Positions 1 through 14,483 of a stretch of DNA of 64,000 nt are shown here, piece by piece (the stretch's first letter is position 1; each line of letters opens with the position of its first letter). The DNA is from the human T2T-CHM13v2.0 reference genome, Homo sapiens: the NCBI RefSeq assembly GCF_009914755.1, contig NC_060939.1. One strand, given 5' to 3'. A program made the translations under genes and the position numbers. The notes beneath the pieces are model-generated. The model was not told where the DNA came from. It saw only the letters and a list, made by a program, of their open reading frames with translations, and did no database searches.

Positions 1-129
1 CCATAGTATGGAATGTGATGGTCTTGCATATGTGACTCTCTGAATAAAGACCCCAAAAATACTGTGAGGTAAGATTGTCATTTTTAATTGGCCCCAAATA
101 GAAGAGTCATAAGGGATTTTCAGGGGAAG

Positions 130-620
130 CCCCTTTACTCTATCAGGGATACTCAGGTGTCTTTTCTCAATAAGCATTCTTTAGATTTATCAGCAACAAA
201 CTAAAGAATTCCACTGTAATACAAAGCTAACATGCTGACAGAGCATCTTTGAAGAAGCTTTCACAAGACAGACTAATGTAAACAATTTTTTCAAGGCTTC
301 CCAGCCTATGACTACCAGTGAAGTCTGATTAATAATAACCACCAAATCACACTGGCTCTCTGTCCACACCAGTTCATACGGGGCCTTATTTGGAATGTGT
401 CTATCAACTAATCTGGGCATCCTAGTGGAAATTCCTCATGGGCCCACGAGCTCACACTTGCCATAGATACATGAACACTAGGGTTGTCAGGGTGCCCAAA
501 CTCTGCAGTAGTTTCTGGAGTAGTGGAAATGCTCCTTCCTTGTGCTTCACTCTCTTAGAGGGAAAAAGGCATTGTGGTGACCCAATGTCTTACAGAGGTC
601 AGTTCTTCAGGTTTTACTCT
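130..620 (+). mobile_element. Probable ancient RTE-clade LINE remnant (L4/RTE-X-like), C-terminal RT region
   Basis: Colinear degraded peptides PLLY.G, Y....KEFH, RQTNV, RVPK and LLEGKRHCGDP..Y resemble the RTE motifs LLYG, LE.FH, R.TN, R.PK and EGKR..G.P..RY. Confidence 0.45.
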
Positions 621-925
621 TGCCTTCCAAAGGTCTCAATCAGCGGAGCAATAGGGCTGGGCCAAAAGGCAAATCAAGTGACAGGCAGCACATCATTCCT
701 CCCTCTTGAGACTAAGGCTTGACTACTGGATTACCCTGTCATGCCTGGTTTCTTCTCCCTTAGGAGGAATTTCATTCCAGGAGGTATCCCAATCACTTTC
801 AAGAGCTCATTCTACCAATTCTCTGGACATGCCCCTCCTCTGAACCCTAGAAAATAACACAGTCTATACTGAAGCTAATCCTTGGTACTTAACTGTTTGC
901 ATTACTATTCTCCATAAAGAAAATG

Positions 926-1234
926 GGCTTAGCATGGTGGCTCACACCTATAATCCCAGAATTTTGGGAGGCTGAGGAAGGAGGCCCAGGAGTTCAAGAC
1001 CAGCCTGGGAAACATAGCAAGACTCTGTCTCAAAACAAATAAAAAATAAAAAAATAAAAATTAGCCAGGCATGGTGGCACACGCCTGTAGTCCCAGCTAC
1101 TTAGGAGACTGAGGCAGGAGGATTACTTGAGCCCAGAAGTTCGAGGTTACAGTAAACTATGATCGTGCCACCGCAATCTAGCCAGGGCAACAGAGTGAGA
1201 CCCTCTCTCTAACAAATTAAATAAATAAAAAAAA
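926..1234 (+). mobile_element. Alu (AluJ-like), full length
   Basis: Two arms, A-rich linker and tail, J-type ttgagcccag, degenerate TSD aaaga(a)aatgg. Confidence 0.9.
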
Positions 1235-2807
1235 GAATGGCTCATTGGATTTGGCTTAGGTAGCAGAAGAGGTGGCAATACTTCCTAGTATACTCAGGTA
1301 ATGAGAAAAGCCTTCAGGGAGATATGGAAGCAGTCAGGTCTCCAGACCCAGTACCTCATCAGGTAAACAAAATCATCTCTAAAATGGTCTGTTTTAGTTA
1401 ACATGAATTTTTTTTTAAAGCTTTGCAAGCAAGTTTTATAGTTTGCTTGTAAAACAGCACTGTCTCTGATTGATTTTAAAGACAGAATGACAAAAAAGTA
1501 AACCCCAACTTAGATTGCACCTACTTTACTAATGAGGAATCTGAGGGTAGCATGGGGAAAGGCTCATCCCAGACAATCCCTGGCAGTTCTGGAGAGAGCC
1601 CAGTTTTCCTGACTTCTAGACCACAGCTTTTTTTCCTCTGTACCATGTTTCCTCAGTATCTCCCAGATAAGAAGGCTATATTTTCTAAGGCTAAGTCATA
1701 ATATATACTCTCCTTTCCACAATCATTGAAATCTCCTTCACAGTGGCCCTCCCTCCCTCCACTGAAAGAAAAGTAAAAATGCCAAATGTGGCTGGTAGAG
1801 AAGGAAAAGGGAGTTGGACTAACTGGTGGGGACAAAGAGGCAGGGGTCCACCCTCACTTCTATATGGCTGGGTATGCACAGAAACGGGGCGGGGGGCGGG
1901 GACATCAAGGTGGAGAGGGTGAAACAATAATTCCAAAGAGACCAGTATCTAAACCCTGAATCATCCTTACAGAAGAGCAAAAGTGCTGGGCAAATAAATA
2001 CTAGGTCCCTGGTCTACAAATATCTCCCTACAGGTAAAACTGGTTTAAAATTAACATTGACTGGAACTAAGTGAGGGACTAAGTACCTTGACAATCTAAA
2101 TAGAATCAGGCAAGGAAACTGTGAGAGAGTACTAACTCTATTCTATCCCAGCTTCCACACCTCTACTGATCACACTTAGGAAGACCTCAGGTGTTGCTTC
2201 AGCACCTCCAGCTATGCTATCTTCTTTTCTCTAATCTCTTAACTCTTCCCCGTCCCCACTCCCCAACTCCTACTCACTATGGCCTTACTGTCTCTCTACT
2301 CAGATACTCACCAGAATTGCTATGCTTGGCATCTAGCAGATCCTCCACAGATATTTGTTGAATGAGTGAACCCAATTTGTGTTACATATTGGTTAAAATG
2401 AAGCAGTAACTGCGATTAAACTGGCAAAACAAAAAAACAAAAAAAAAAAAAACAAAAAAAACCAGCCAACCACCACCACAATAAAATATAGTGATTATCA
2501 CTGAAACACTGCCTCAAACAGGAAAAACAATGACCATGGCAATAGACTAATTATCCATTAAAAGGGACTAGTTTTAGAAAAACATAAAATTTATTCAGCC
2601 ATGAGAAATCATATGGTCAATCTGAATGTGACAACAAATTCTATGATCCAGTAGCAAAAAAACACTAAGATATATTTTGATTTTTATAAAAAGTAAAGTA
2701 GAATAAAATAACATTAATCATATAAGATCCTTCCCTCTCCCCTTTTAACATAAAAAGGTATACTTCTTGGTATACTTGGTAAGAAGATACACATGGTATA
2801 CGGGTAA

Positions 2808-3092
2808 TTTTTCTTTCTTTTTTTTTTTTAAGACAGGCTGGAGTACAGTGGTTCAATCATGGCTTACTGCAGCCCCTACCTTCCCAGGCTCAGGGGGGCC
2901 CTCTCACCTCAGCCTCCTCAGTAGCTGGCACTACAAGCTCAGGCTACTATCCTGGTTAATTTTTGTATTTTTTGTAAAGAAGGGATTTCACCATGTTATC
3001 CAGGCTGGTCTCGAACTTCTGGGCTCAAGCAATCCGTCTGCCTCGGCCTCCTGAAGTGCTGGGATTACAGGTGTGAGCCACCGCTCCTGGCC
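2808..3092 (-). mobile_element. Alu (AluJ-like)
   Basis: Poly-T followed by reverse-complement Alu ending tgagccaccgctcctggcc. Confidence 0.9.
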
Positions 3093-3676
3093 TAAATTTT
3101 TTTTTTAATTGACCAATTATCAAGAATATCAGCTAGATTCTTAAAAAGTCTTTCATAAAAAATATAGAATGGATAAAATGGTATCCCAAGTTACTTTAAG
3201 CTCTAAATACCTAGGGTCTTATGAGTCTATTAGCAAATTTCCCTTTCATTTATATATGGTACCTTCTGTAACTCAATATATGGTTTTTCCTAAATATAAC
3301 TGACTGTGACAAAATGCTCTCCAGATGACCAATAAGATTGAAGTTAATTTATATTTCTGCATTTTGCATATCCAGGAAAATAATTTTTAAAGCTTCTGAA
3401 AATCATTTCAAACTTTGTGACTATACTTGACATGGGATGGACAGAAAAATATCTGTTACCTGATATACATTCACTATCCTCAGTAACAACAGAGAAAAAC
3501 ACAACCATGTAAACACAGAGCTCTAGAAGTGGAAGGAGCTTGACAGTTTACTTGCTTTAAAACAACTTGCCTGCAATGTGGAATCTCTTTCATAATATCC
3601 CCAAGAGAAGATGGTCACTCTTCATCGGGAAAGTATGGCAGCATATTTTCCTGATGAAAAGCATGAATTCTAATTT

Positions 3677-3687
3677 ATGTGTGTGCA

Positions 3688-3726
<39 letters not shown>
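3677..3726. repeat. (TG)n(TA)n microsatellite
   Basis: Directly visible. Confidence 0.95.
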
Positions 3727-4046
3727 GAATTCACTTATTCATCATGAACATCTCCTGCATAACAAGTTCTCTGGTAGGCCAATGAACGTGACACTGCGCC
3801 TCCATCCCTCAGGCTCTTCCCAGTTTTCCTGTGTTACATTCAAATCACGTTCCTTATTATAACACCACTGCTTCTAGTTTTACTTTCTGGCATAACACAA
3901 GCCTTTAAATTCTTGAAAGCTGGCTATCACATCTTCCCAAATACTTCTTTTTTCATAACCTCCCGCCCTCTAAAAACTTCCAGTTCCCTCCGTGCTCCAT
4001 GTACAAAATTAATGAAGCATTGCATTTAGTTCAAAAAATCAGCTGT

Positions 4047-4345
4047 GGCTGGGCACGGTGGCTCACGCCTGTAATCCCAGCACTTACGGAGGCTGAGGCA
4101 GGCAGATCATGAGGTCAGGAGTTTGAGGCCAGCCTGGTCAACATAGCAAAACCCCATTTTTACTAAAAATACAAAAATTAGCCAGCTGTGGTGGCACACA
4201 CCTGCAGTCCCAGCTGTCAGGAGGCTGAGGCACAAGAATCGCTTGAACCCAGGAGGCAGAGGTTGTAGCGAGCTGAGATCATGCCACTGCACTCTCCAGC
4301 CTAGGCGAAAGAGCAAGATTCTGTCTCAAAGAATAAACAAACAAC
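4047..4345 (+). mobile_element. Alu (AluS-like)
   Basis: ggctgggcacggtggctcacgcctgtaatccc ... gtctcaaa. Confidence 0.92.
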
Positions 4346-4349
4346 CAAC

Positions 4350-4560
4350 CAATTGCACAAACAGATATATTTTTAGGCAGCTATTTGTGTGGGAAAAGGT
4401 CTTCAGTTTGTGATTGACAATAGGTTTGGTGTGAGCTAATAGTCTGAAGTAGCTGCTAACTCAATCTTAGGTTTTCTTTCATGAAGCACAGGGACAGTTT
4501 ATAAAGTAACAGGTTCCTTTAATGGTCACCTATATCTGAAGTATTATTCTGTTAGAAACG
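4350..4560 (+). mobile_element. L3/CR1 LINE fragment
   Basis: ttgacaataggtttggtgtgagctaatagtctgaagtagctgct...aatcttagg resembles the CR1 RT segment as recalled. Confidence 0.5.
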
Positions 4561-4610
4561 ACAGGTTGGGCCAAAGAGGATGGCAAGATGCCTGTAAATC
4601 ATATCTTACA

Positions 4611-5234
<624 letters not shown>

Positions 5235-7230
5235 TCAGCGGCAAAAAGTACCAATGTCTCAAATGTAGGGAGAAAGAAAAGTTGATAATCATATAATAAT
5301 TTTGACCTTAAAGTAAACTTTGTGTTCTTGAGTAACTCAAACAAAGCATTGCATATTTCAGGGTACATCTGCTTAATCTTCAAACACATGAGATAAAAAT
5401 AAACTTGGCAGCAAAGTTTGTTTTTTAGCAGGCAGCTTTCTCACTCCCTCCTTTGGGATGTTAATCTCCTTATTTTGGGGGGAAATCCTTGCCTCCTCCA
5501 GATCTGGTTTCATGACACCACTTAGGGGCATCTTTCAGAATTAATAATCACTGGCCCAATTGTCCTTGCTCTGCTGAATATGTCACACTACTGCTCCACA
5601 GACAGCAACAGGGGCCAGCTGAGAACAGGTTTGGTGATAACTTGCACCACCCTCCCTAAATCTGATGGAAGGAGCTGGGAGAAATGTAATAATAAAGGTT
5701 CTAAAGATGGTCTAGCAAAATGTATTCTGTAGCTCTGAGGCACTGAATATTTAGCCATTTTGAATATTATCACTGGATTTACAATAGGCCCTTGTGTTCT
5801 CTGTTTGTGAATAGGGTCAGTTGGCAGCTAGTTAAGTTTCTTAGGGAGTTATTGAAGCCAGCATTAAAATAAAACCAAGCACAGGATTCCCTAAAAACTG
5901 CAAAGCACTGGGAAGTCTGCCTAGAACAATATCAGGTCATCTTACAAGTCCAAGAGCAGAATACTTGAGCAGTATGTATTAGTAATAGAGGGTTCACCTT
6001 TCAACAGTGGCTAGAACTGGTCATGCCTTCATGCCTGTGTCCATGGTTTTGGTTTACTTTCTACAGGGCTTCAGAACTCTGGGACCTCAGAGGTGGGTAA
6101 AGATGTGAATCAGGCTAGATAGTGGCTAAGAAAAGTGACCTAGTCTTACTAGCTGTCACTATAATCAGTGGTTAATAATTATTTTTAGCCAAAATATTTC
6201 ATCATCTTTGCATCTGTTAGAAAAGTCATTATAAATGTCTATCTTTGAAAGGTCCAACTGCTATATTACTGTGCAAAAGATCTGTAGTTGAGATACACAA
6301 GATTCTGGACAGTAAACAATAGTCCTGGTACCCACAGGAAAACTGCAGAAGCATGAGGTAAGTAATAAAGCAAGTTCAAACCATGACCGGTAGCACACAT
6401 TTACAGCAACCTCAGAGAGTGATTTAGAAGCATTAATTACCTCCAGGAAAGGTATTATAACAATGGAAAAGACAAAATCCTGCAATCAGGTTGACCTGTG
6501 AACCATAAGCTCAGTTGCCTGGTGGAAGTAAGCATTAATTACCACAGTGAGTCCTCTCCCTGAGGAGAAGGAACCTGTTCCTTCTACTACCGCATAAGTC
6601 ACATTTCACATTAAAGCAGCACCCACCTGTACCTTCCCAGCAGGACCAACCACAAAAGTAAACTAAAAGCATAGTCTAAAATGAGACGAAGAGCAAACTG
6701 CCCAAGTTAGCATAGATATTTGCCCTACTAAATGGTTTTCTCTGGCCTTTCATGTTCATGTTATTTTGGGAATTTTCCCCCCACATTTGGAAAAGAAGTG
6801 GAAGCTAAGTAAACTGTAAGGAAGAAGATGAAACTTCCAACTCCCAAATTCCTCACAATTTGACAGATAAGGGATTATTGGATGAAATAGAGTGAAACAA
6901 TCTACTATATGGTGAAAACATGTGCAATCATAAAAACAAAGAAATGTAGAGTTTCATTATTTGAGGATTTAGAGACAAGAACAACTTAGAGTAGTGTGAA
7001 TAGTAAGTCCATTGTTTAGCTAATAAATAGGAGACCTTCATTTCCCCAGACTGTGCTAACATGAAGCAAATGTTTTAGTGAAGGAAAAGGAAAGAAATCT
7101 ATTTTTATATCCCCTGCTACAATGGATTTTGTCTGTTAGAGACAAAGTTAAGTTTTGACTATTTACAAATGAACTCACACATACATATTACCCCAACTCA
7201 GAAGACATACAAATCCTTAGGAATGTTTCA

Positions 7231-7237
7231 TGTGTGG

Positions 7238-7281
<44 letters not shown>
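7231..7281. repeat. (TG)n microsatellite
   Basis: Directly visible. Confidence 0.95.
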
Positions 7282-7283
<2 letters not shown>

Positions 7284-7339
7284 TCCTCAATTCACGGAGT
7301 GAAAACACTGGGTCACCTACTTTCAAAACTAACAAATTA

Positions 7340-7815
7340 AAGTTAAAATTGTATCTCTACTCCATACCATAAACCAAGATAAAAATCTAGATGGATTAAA
7401 AAGTGACACATATGTGTGACTATTAAATAAAATTAAAATGCATATCTTCATAAATGAAAAAGTAAAAAAGAAAAAAGCCAAAAACCCAAAAACAAAAAAT
7501 CCAACTTGTAAATACTTTAAAGACATTCAGAAAAAAATTTTAAAAAATTAGAACTTTTCCCATAAATTTTTACTTTTATGGCAAAAAATCAAATAAACAA
7601 AGTTAAAAAGCAAGTCAAAAATGGAAGAGAATTATCAGAACACAGATGAATAGCTTCCTATAAAAAGCTTTTACCAATAAATCAGAAAATGAATACCACA
7701 ATTTAAAAACACAGCCAAAGAATACAGACAATTAAAAAAAATACAAGTGGCCAACTTACATATAAGGTAGTGTTCAACCTCTTTAATAGTAAAAGCAAAT
7801 TTAAACTAAAACTCG
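7340..7815 (+). mobile_element. Old L1 (L1M) ORF2 3' remnant
   Basis: A-rich; aaatctagatggattaaaa and atacaagtggccaac...gtgttcaacctc are L1-like. Confidence 0.55.
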
Positions 7816-8624
7816 ATACCTTTAGTTACTGACATATTCAGGACTCTACTGTTGAAACAGTTTTGTAACATTTTTTCCCTAGAAAATCAAGGGGCGTATT
7901 TGCATATGGAAATTAATTAGCCTTGAAAAGTATACAGTATTTTCTTAAAATTTAAAATCTCTATGTTTATTACTTCATTCCCACTCATTCCTAACTTGCT
8001 TGTTTTCCCCTTTCCTCAGTGAGACATTTAACTATTGTACTCATCTTTTTAAATACATCTGCTATTTACTTATCAATTCTAGGGAATTTTGTTGTATAAA
8101 ATTTAATTTTTGCTTTTTTCTTTACTAGTATCTTCTTTTTTTTTGTAAGGGGGGACTTGTCATTCTTTCTCTGATTACCTCAGTGGAATGAATAGTTGCT
8201 TGTTTTTTTCTTACCAAATAATAAAAGCAAAGGCTAGCTTTTTATACTCAGAGTTTTGGAATCACATCTAAAGGCTTTGATATGTTGAATTCTGACTTTT
8301 GTCAGTGTTTAAATCCATATAGGCACGCTCCTTTCCATCTTTAATTAATATCTATAATATGCAAGGGGTAAGGTCAAAAAGCAATAAGGGGGAAAGGCCA
8401 TTAACATAACACAAAAATCTTCTAGCCTAAAGTACTATATTGTCTGGCTCTTTAGTAAAGCCCAACCTAAAAAGCACATCTCTTAACCATAGAAAACGGC
8501 AAAAGAATGGATGCTCTGGCAGTTAAACACTCTCTCACAAACTGAATCATTTCCAAATACCAGGTGTTCCAGTTTCACTGTGTTTTGATATTGTCAGAAA
8601 GGCTAGCCACTTTTTTTTGCTCCA

Positions 8625-8765
8625 TTTAAGCATTCATTGCCTTTATTTTTAATATAATTAACTCGATTATAAATTTATGTGATTTAATCTTTAATAATGG
8701 CCAAGTTTAACAACTGGTTAACAAATTTCCTGAAAATTTAGCAATCTGCTCTTATGAGCCGACAG
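8625..8765 (-). mobile_element. MER63-like hAT DNA transposon fragment
   Basis: taataatggccaagtttaacaactggttaacaaatttcctgaaaatttagcaatctgctcttatgagccg matches the recalled MER63 terminus. Confidence 0.65.
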
Positions 8766-11027
8766 TTTTCCTTTTCCATTTCCAGACCTGAGTGTTCTAT
8801 TCCACCCTTTTGGAGGTTCTAGTCCCACATGACTCAGTGTTGGTCTTGTTCCTGTATCTGTTTCTAGTCTAGAACCTTCACAGTACTTGAGTCCTCTTTG
8901 ATGATCGAGGCTTGTTTTGCTCTAAATTGCAGGTCCCCTGGAACTGACATCTCAGCGCCTCAATAATTCAGGCGCTTGTTAGGTAGCCTTTTGAGCACTC
9001 CCTCACTGGAACCTCAGCCTGTAGTGATTTTAGACTAATTTCTAGAGGTATGTTGTTTGTCATTTCCTTGAACTCTGAGTAGACATTACCATGCCCTTTG
9101 GATATTTTGTTATACCTTCTTACAGAAGCTATTTTTATCCATTTTAAAGAGTAATTGAAAAAATGTTCTTTATTATACATCATCTTACAAAGGAAGTTTG
9201 CAGGGGATGATAAGCACTAGTGCTACTGTAGTGCTTTCCTACAGAGGCGGCACTTGTCAATGAGCAAAGAGGCCAACATTGTGACATATGCCTGGAGCTT
9301 CAGTTTCACTTCTTTCTAATAGCGAAAACAAATATTGTAAAATAGGCGTAATTTATCCTTAAGCTGTTTGGTTAAAGTGAAATGCAAATGTTTTAAACCA
9401 AAGGATTGCTCTACTCTGTAACTGCAAATTTAATTTCTACTTTGCTCTAAGAGTGACTTAGGAGATTGTATTTTAATATCTAGCTGATTAGAATTATTTT
9501 GAACAATTTTTTATTATTAACTTTGAGTTTTAGTTTATTTTGGTCAGAAAATAATAGCTTGTGCACATTATATTTTGGAGATTTTATTAAAACTTTTCTT
9601 GTGACCTAGTAAATTCAATTTTTAAATTTAATTTCTACTTAGAGTACAAAATTTTATATCTACCTATTAAACGAAGCTTATTGTTTGTATTATTTAAATA
9701 TTCTATTTCCATATTTATCCTCTACCTAATTTACATGTCAAATTCTGGAAGGCATGTCCAAGTCTTCTAATACAATTTCTATTCTGTAAATTCTAATTTT
9801 TATTTTAATGTTTTGCTTTATATGCACAGTATCTAAAATGTCTAGAGGAGGGAATATTTGTTAAATTTTTATATTTTACTCTTTTTTACCTACTTAATCT
9901 ACTTTGACTTAATCTCAGTCATATTATTCTATCATTATTCTTTGGAGCAATATACACTGAGATTTTGTCCTATATTTCACGGTAATAACTATAACAGTGA
10001 AAAAAACAGCCCTGTGTTTCCAGACTTTTAGGATACTCTGTATTTCAGTGCTACCTTACTTGGGACATAAAGACTTATGACCATTATAATTTTAGTTCCA
10101 ATTGAATTTTTCTTTAATAAAATATAACTCTTTGTCCTGTTGAATGCTTTTCCTCTTGAAATTTCCTCTACCTAACACTAAATTTGTATCTTTATCTTTA
10201 CAAAATTGTTTACTTTAAACAATTGTTGTCTTTATCTTTTATTTTCAAACTTTGAACTGCTTTATTTCACATGGTTCCTGCAAACAGCATGATTCTCTTG
10301 AGTTTTTTGGAGTGCCCAATATAAGCGTCATTGTCTTTTAATTAAGTTGTTAAGTTCCTTCACATTTACTGTGGTAATATATTTGGTCTTGGGTCTAGCC
10401 TACTTCCATTTTCTTATCTTTTTTCCTCTTAGTTTTTTTGTTATGTTTTGTTTTACCAAATGAAGTTTTCTTCATTCCTTTCTAGAAATCTTCACTTAAT
10501 TGGAAATTACATATCTTATTTCTCTCTCTGACTAGTGAGTGCCTTAAAGAAAATCTAAATCTATCTGTCTCTACCTGTATCAAGAACAATGTTATAACCG
10601 TTGCTTCCTCGTGGGGAAAAGTTAAAAATTCAATGTGTTTTAAGTTAACTTTTCTTTTACCTTACAACCCTACTCTATCTACTTTCCAGGTCTTGTTAAA
10701 ACAAAGATTCTACATTCAGATTTTTTAAAACAATGTGCCTCTTCCCTTTCAACAATTATTTTTAAAAAGACCTAAGCTTGAGAAACTATATAAACACTTA
10801 GTTGGCTTAACCTGTTCACATTAATAGTTTTGTTGTTCTCTATTCTTTCCTCTATGTTGTTTCACATTATAATTCATTTCTTGGTTAGCTGCAGTACTAT
10901 TTTAAGCAGTTCTTTGTTAAAAGGAAAGGTATATCAATGGTAAAGTTTGTGAGATTTTGCAATGTTAGAGAATGTGTTTATGCTTTTTTTTTTTTTTTTG
11001 CTCATGCATCCAATCATTCTACAAATA

Positions 11028-11362
11028 CAGTCATGCATCGCTTAACAACAGGAACACATTCTGAGAAATGCATCCTTAAGCAATTTAATCACTCTGTGAA
11101 CACAGAGTATACTTACACACAAATTTAGATGGTACAGCCTACTACACACCTAGGCCAATATGGTGTGTAATGCTCCTAGACTACAAACCTATACGCCGTG
11201 TTACTGTACCGAGTACTATACACAATTTTAAGACAATGGTAAGTATTTCTGTATCTAAACACAGAAAAGTTTCAGTAAAAATAGGGTATGATAATCTTAT
11301 GGGACCACCATCATATACGTAATCCTTCACTGAATGAAACACTGTTATGCAATGCATGACTG
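11028..11362. mobile_element. Tigger3a (MER7A) TcMar MITE, complete
   Basis: Terminal inverted repeats cagtcatgc...gcatgactg with TA duplications at 11026-11027 and 11363-11364; splits an L2 3' end. Confidence 0.88.
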
Positions 11363-11882
11363 TATTTACTGAGCAAGTATCATATGCTAAATGTTTTTCT
11401 AGATACAAGAGGTACAGTAGGGAACAGCAGATAAAAATCCCTACCCATATGGAGCTTACATTCTAAGAGCCTAGAAGATTAGACAATTCATGAATCACAT
11501 GTTTTTTCCTCTCAAATTCTGCAGCCAAGAAGAGATGCTTGATGTTGACTTCATTTTCTTTTCTTTAACTATTATTTTTTAAACTGGGCATCCTGCTTCA
11601 AACCATCTGGATGTTCTAGAATATTTTCTTTAGTCTTCAAATTCATATTTTTCTCTGGATTATTTCAAGGTCTAGGTTAAGGGTCTTCTTTCTCCCAATG
11701 TCTCCCCTGTACTCCAACTATGCCTGTTAGTAAGGGTGTTCTTTCAATGAGAGCCCAAGTCCTTAAAAATTCTCTCTTATTATTCTTCCCAGTATAAACA
11801 CACACACACACATATACATTAGTATATACATTTATTTATATTGAATTATCTGTATCTATTTTTCATGTTTCCAGTCTTTTCA

Positions 11883-12201
<319 letters not shown>

Positions 12202-14184
12202 TTACTTTCCTTTGAGTTCTATCAGAATTTCTTTAGCTTTCTTCTCACTCGCTAATTCAGGTTTCTTCAGTATTGAATCTGTTCCTCACTGCGTTGTTTT
12301 AAAATTCTGTAACCATGTTTTTAATTTCCACTAACTTTTTCTGTTCTCAGTTCATTTGTTTTTCTTATCTGCTCTGATTTTAATCAATGCAATGCCCTCT
12401 TAATTTTACTTTGAGTAATAACTCATTTTTCTCAGTTTTCTCCTATTTTGTACAAGAAGTCTGTTTCAGACAGAAATATCACTTTTGTCGGTCAAATTGG
12501 TCTTTACTTTTGAATGCTACATCTTTCTATATATCCATGGATTCTTCTATGTTCATTCCAAGAGAGGGAAGTATCCATGTTTGTTTTGTGAGTCATAAAG
12601 AGTTGTGCCAGATAGTGTGTAAGTGTTCAAATCGGTGGTCTCCATAAAAAAAGGAGGATAGATTTTAGTTTTATTATAAATTTATTTGCCATGTTAGTGA
12701 TCCAATAATTTGTATAAAATAGTAAGTGGCTGGCAAGTAGAATCACAATAAGGGATTTTACTTTTGTTCCAAATATATATTCCAGGTCTTGAGTAAACTA
12801 AGTGATAATACTGATTAATAGGAGCATCTATTATACATGTGTTATGTATGTGTATTATCCATAGATATATAATACATGTATATCTGGATTTATTATATGT
12901 GTATATATACAGATACATACGTATGTATGCAAATTAACTTTAATATCTACAAAACACTTAAAAATGGATATTAGATCACAAGTACAGCCTCAACAATGCC
13001 ACCAAAATATATATACTGTGCAGGTATTATTTTATTCTCCAACTTTCCTTGATTTTTGTTTTTCCATCTTATTGGTATCCCTACTGTAATAAAAAAAAAA
13101 GGGGGGGGAGTTTATTTTGTCAAGTAATTGCTTAAAATTCCTTTCCATCTCCTCAGATATTTAAAGAAAACTCACAGTTTTCTTTGTCCCATCTTTTCTC
13201 CTTGGCTACTTCCCTACTTTTCCCTACAAATACTATGCATTATTCACATTGCAGTAAGTTACACCCATTCACTGTAAAAAAGAACAATACAACACACCCT
13301 GAAATCTTTGAGGCTACTAATTTCTAAAAAGGTTACTTCAAGCGTAAAGTTTTCTTTTATAAAAAAGAAAGTTTAAAGTTTCATCACTCAAATGTAGCCT
13401 ATCTAAAACACCTGGAAATGATTTCAAAGTTTCAAAGTCACTATTCTGATAGGTATTACTTCCAACCTAACCATTACTGGCCTTTGAAATATAGAAGCTA
13501 AAAGCAGACTGCACGGATCAAATACTATAGATAAAAGCATTTTGAAAAGCATACGGTACTATGAAAACATAAGGTGGTAGTATTAAAAATGGATTTGGAC
13601 ATGAAATCCCAAACTCATTCATTTCAGTGATTCCTTAGTGCTTGGATGAGGGCAAGCACTCATCCAGTGAGTGCTTTCATCCAGATCCAGTTCAGCATCT
13701 TACTGGGATCATTTCAGGCCAGTCAGCTTTAATCAAATTACACTCTATCCATACATGATTAGAAACAAACTGAGGTTTTGGTCAAGTGCCACAGTTTTTC
13801 ACTCAGGGCCATCATGCTCACTTTCTTGGAAGACACTTGGAAATTATGTGATCAAATCTGAAAGTAACTTTTCAAGAGGTGTGTGTGGTCTTTCTGACAA
13901 AGAAGAGCTTTATATTTGCGACTGAGTTAAAATCTCTGGCTGTAACTAATTAGCGATAAAATAACAACAATGAACATGGAATACAAGCTAGAAGAAATCT
14001 TAGACTCTAAAACACATGTTAACAGAGTGAAATTTATAATATCTGCTATTATATCTCGTCTATCAAATATAGCCAAGAATATGGAAGAAAAAAATTGTTA
14101 AAGATAACACCTAGTAGGAATTTTTAAAAAACATCTGCTGAGACAAAGAAGGCTGGGCATATTGTATGTAAAAGTAAAATTACA

Positions 14185-14483
14185 GGCCAGGCACGGTGGC
14201 TCATGCCTGTAATCCCAGCACTTTGGAGGCCGAGGTGGGCAGATCATTTGAGGTCAGGAGTTCAAGACAAGCCTGGCCAACATGGCAAAACCTCATCTCT
14301 ACTAAAAATACAAAAATTAGCCAGATGTGGTGATGGGTGCTTGTAATCCCAGCTACTCGGGAGGCTGAGGCAAGAGAATTGCTTGAACCCGGGAGGCAGA
14401 GGTTGCAGTGAGCCGAGATCGCCCCACTTGCACTCCAGCCTGGGTGACAAGAGTGAAATTCCGTCTCAAAAAAAAAAAAAAAA
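14185..14483 (+). mobile_element. Alu (AluS-like)
   Basis: Full dimer; TSD aaaagtaaaattacag / aagagtaaaaatacag. Confidence 0.92.

Noticed and set aside
6261-6485. ORF beginning LQDFVF...IIPFLEVI, superficially like downstream EFL1 peptides LQDFVL and IIPFRETI
   Set aside because: Matches are very short, spacing is wrong and no suitable splice sites flank it; treated as coincidence
9236-9255. CTCF-like motif cagaggcggcac
   Set aside because: The 5' half fits the CCASYAG core poorly
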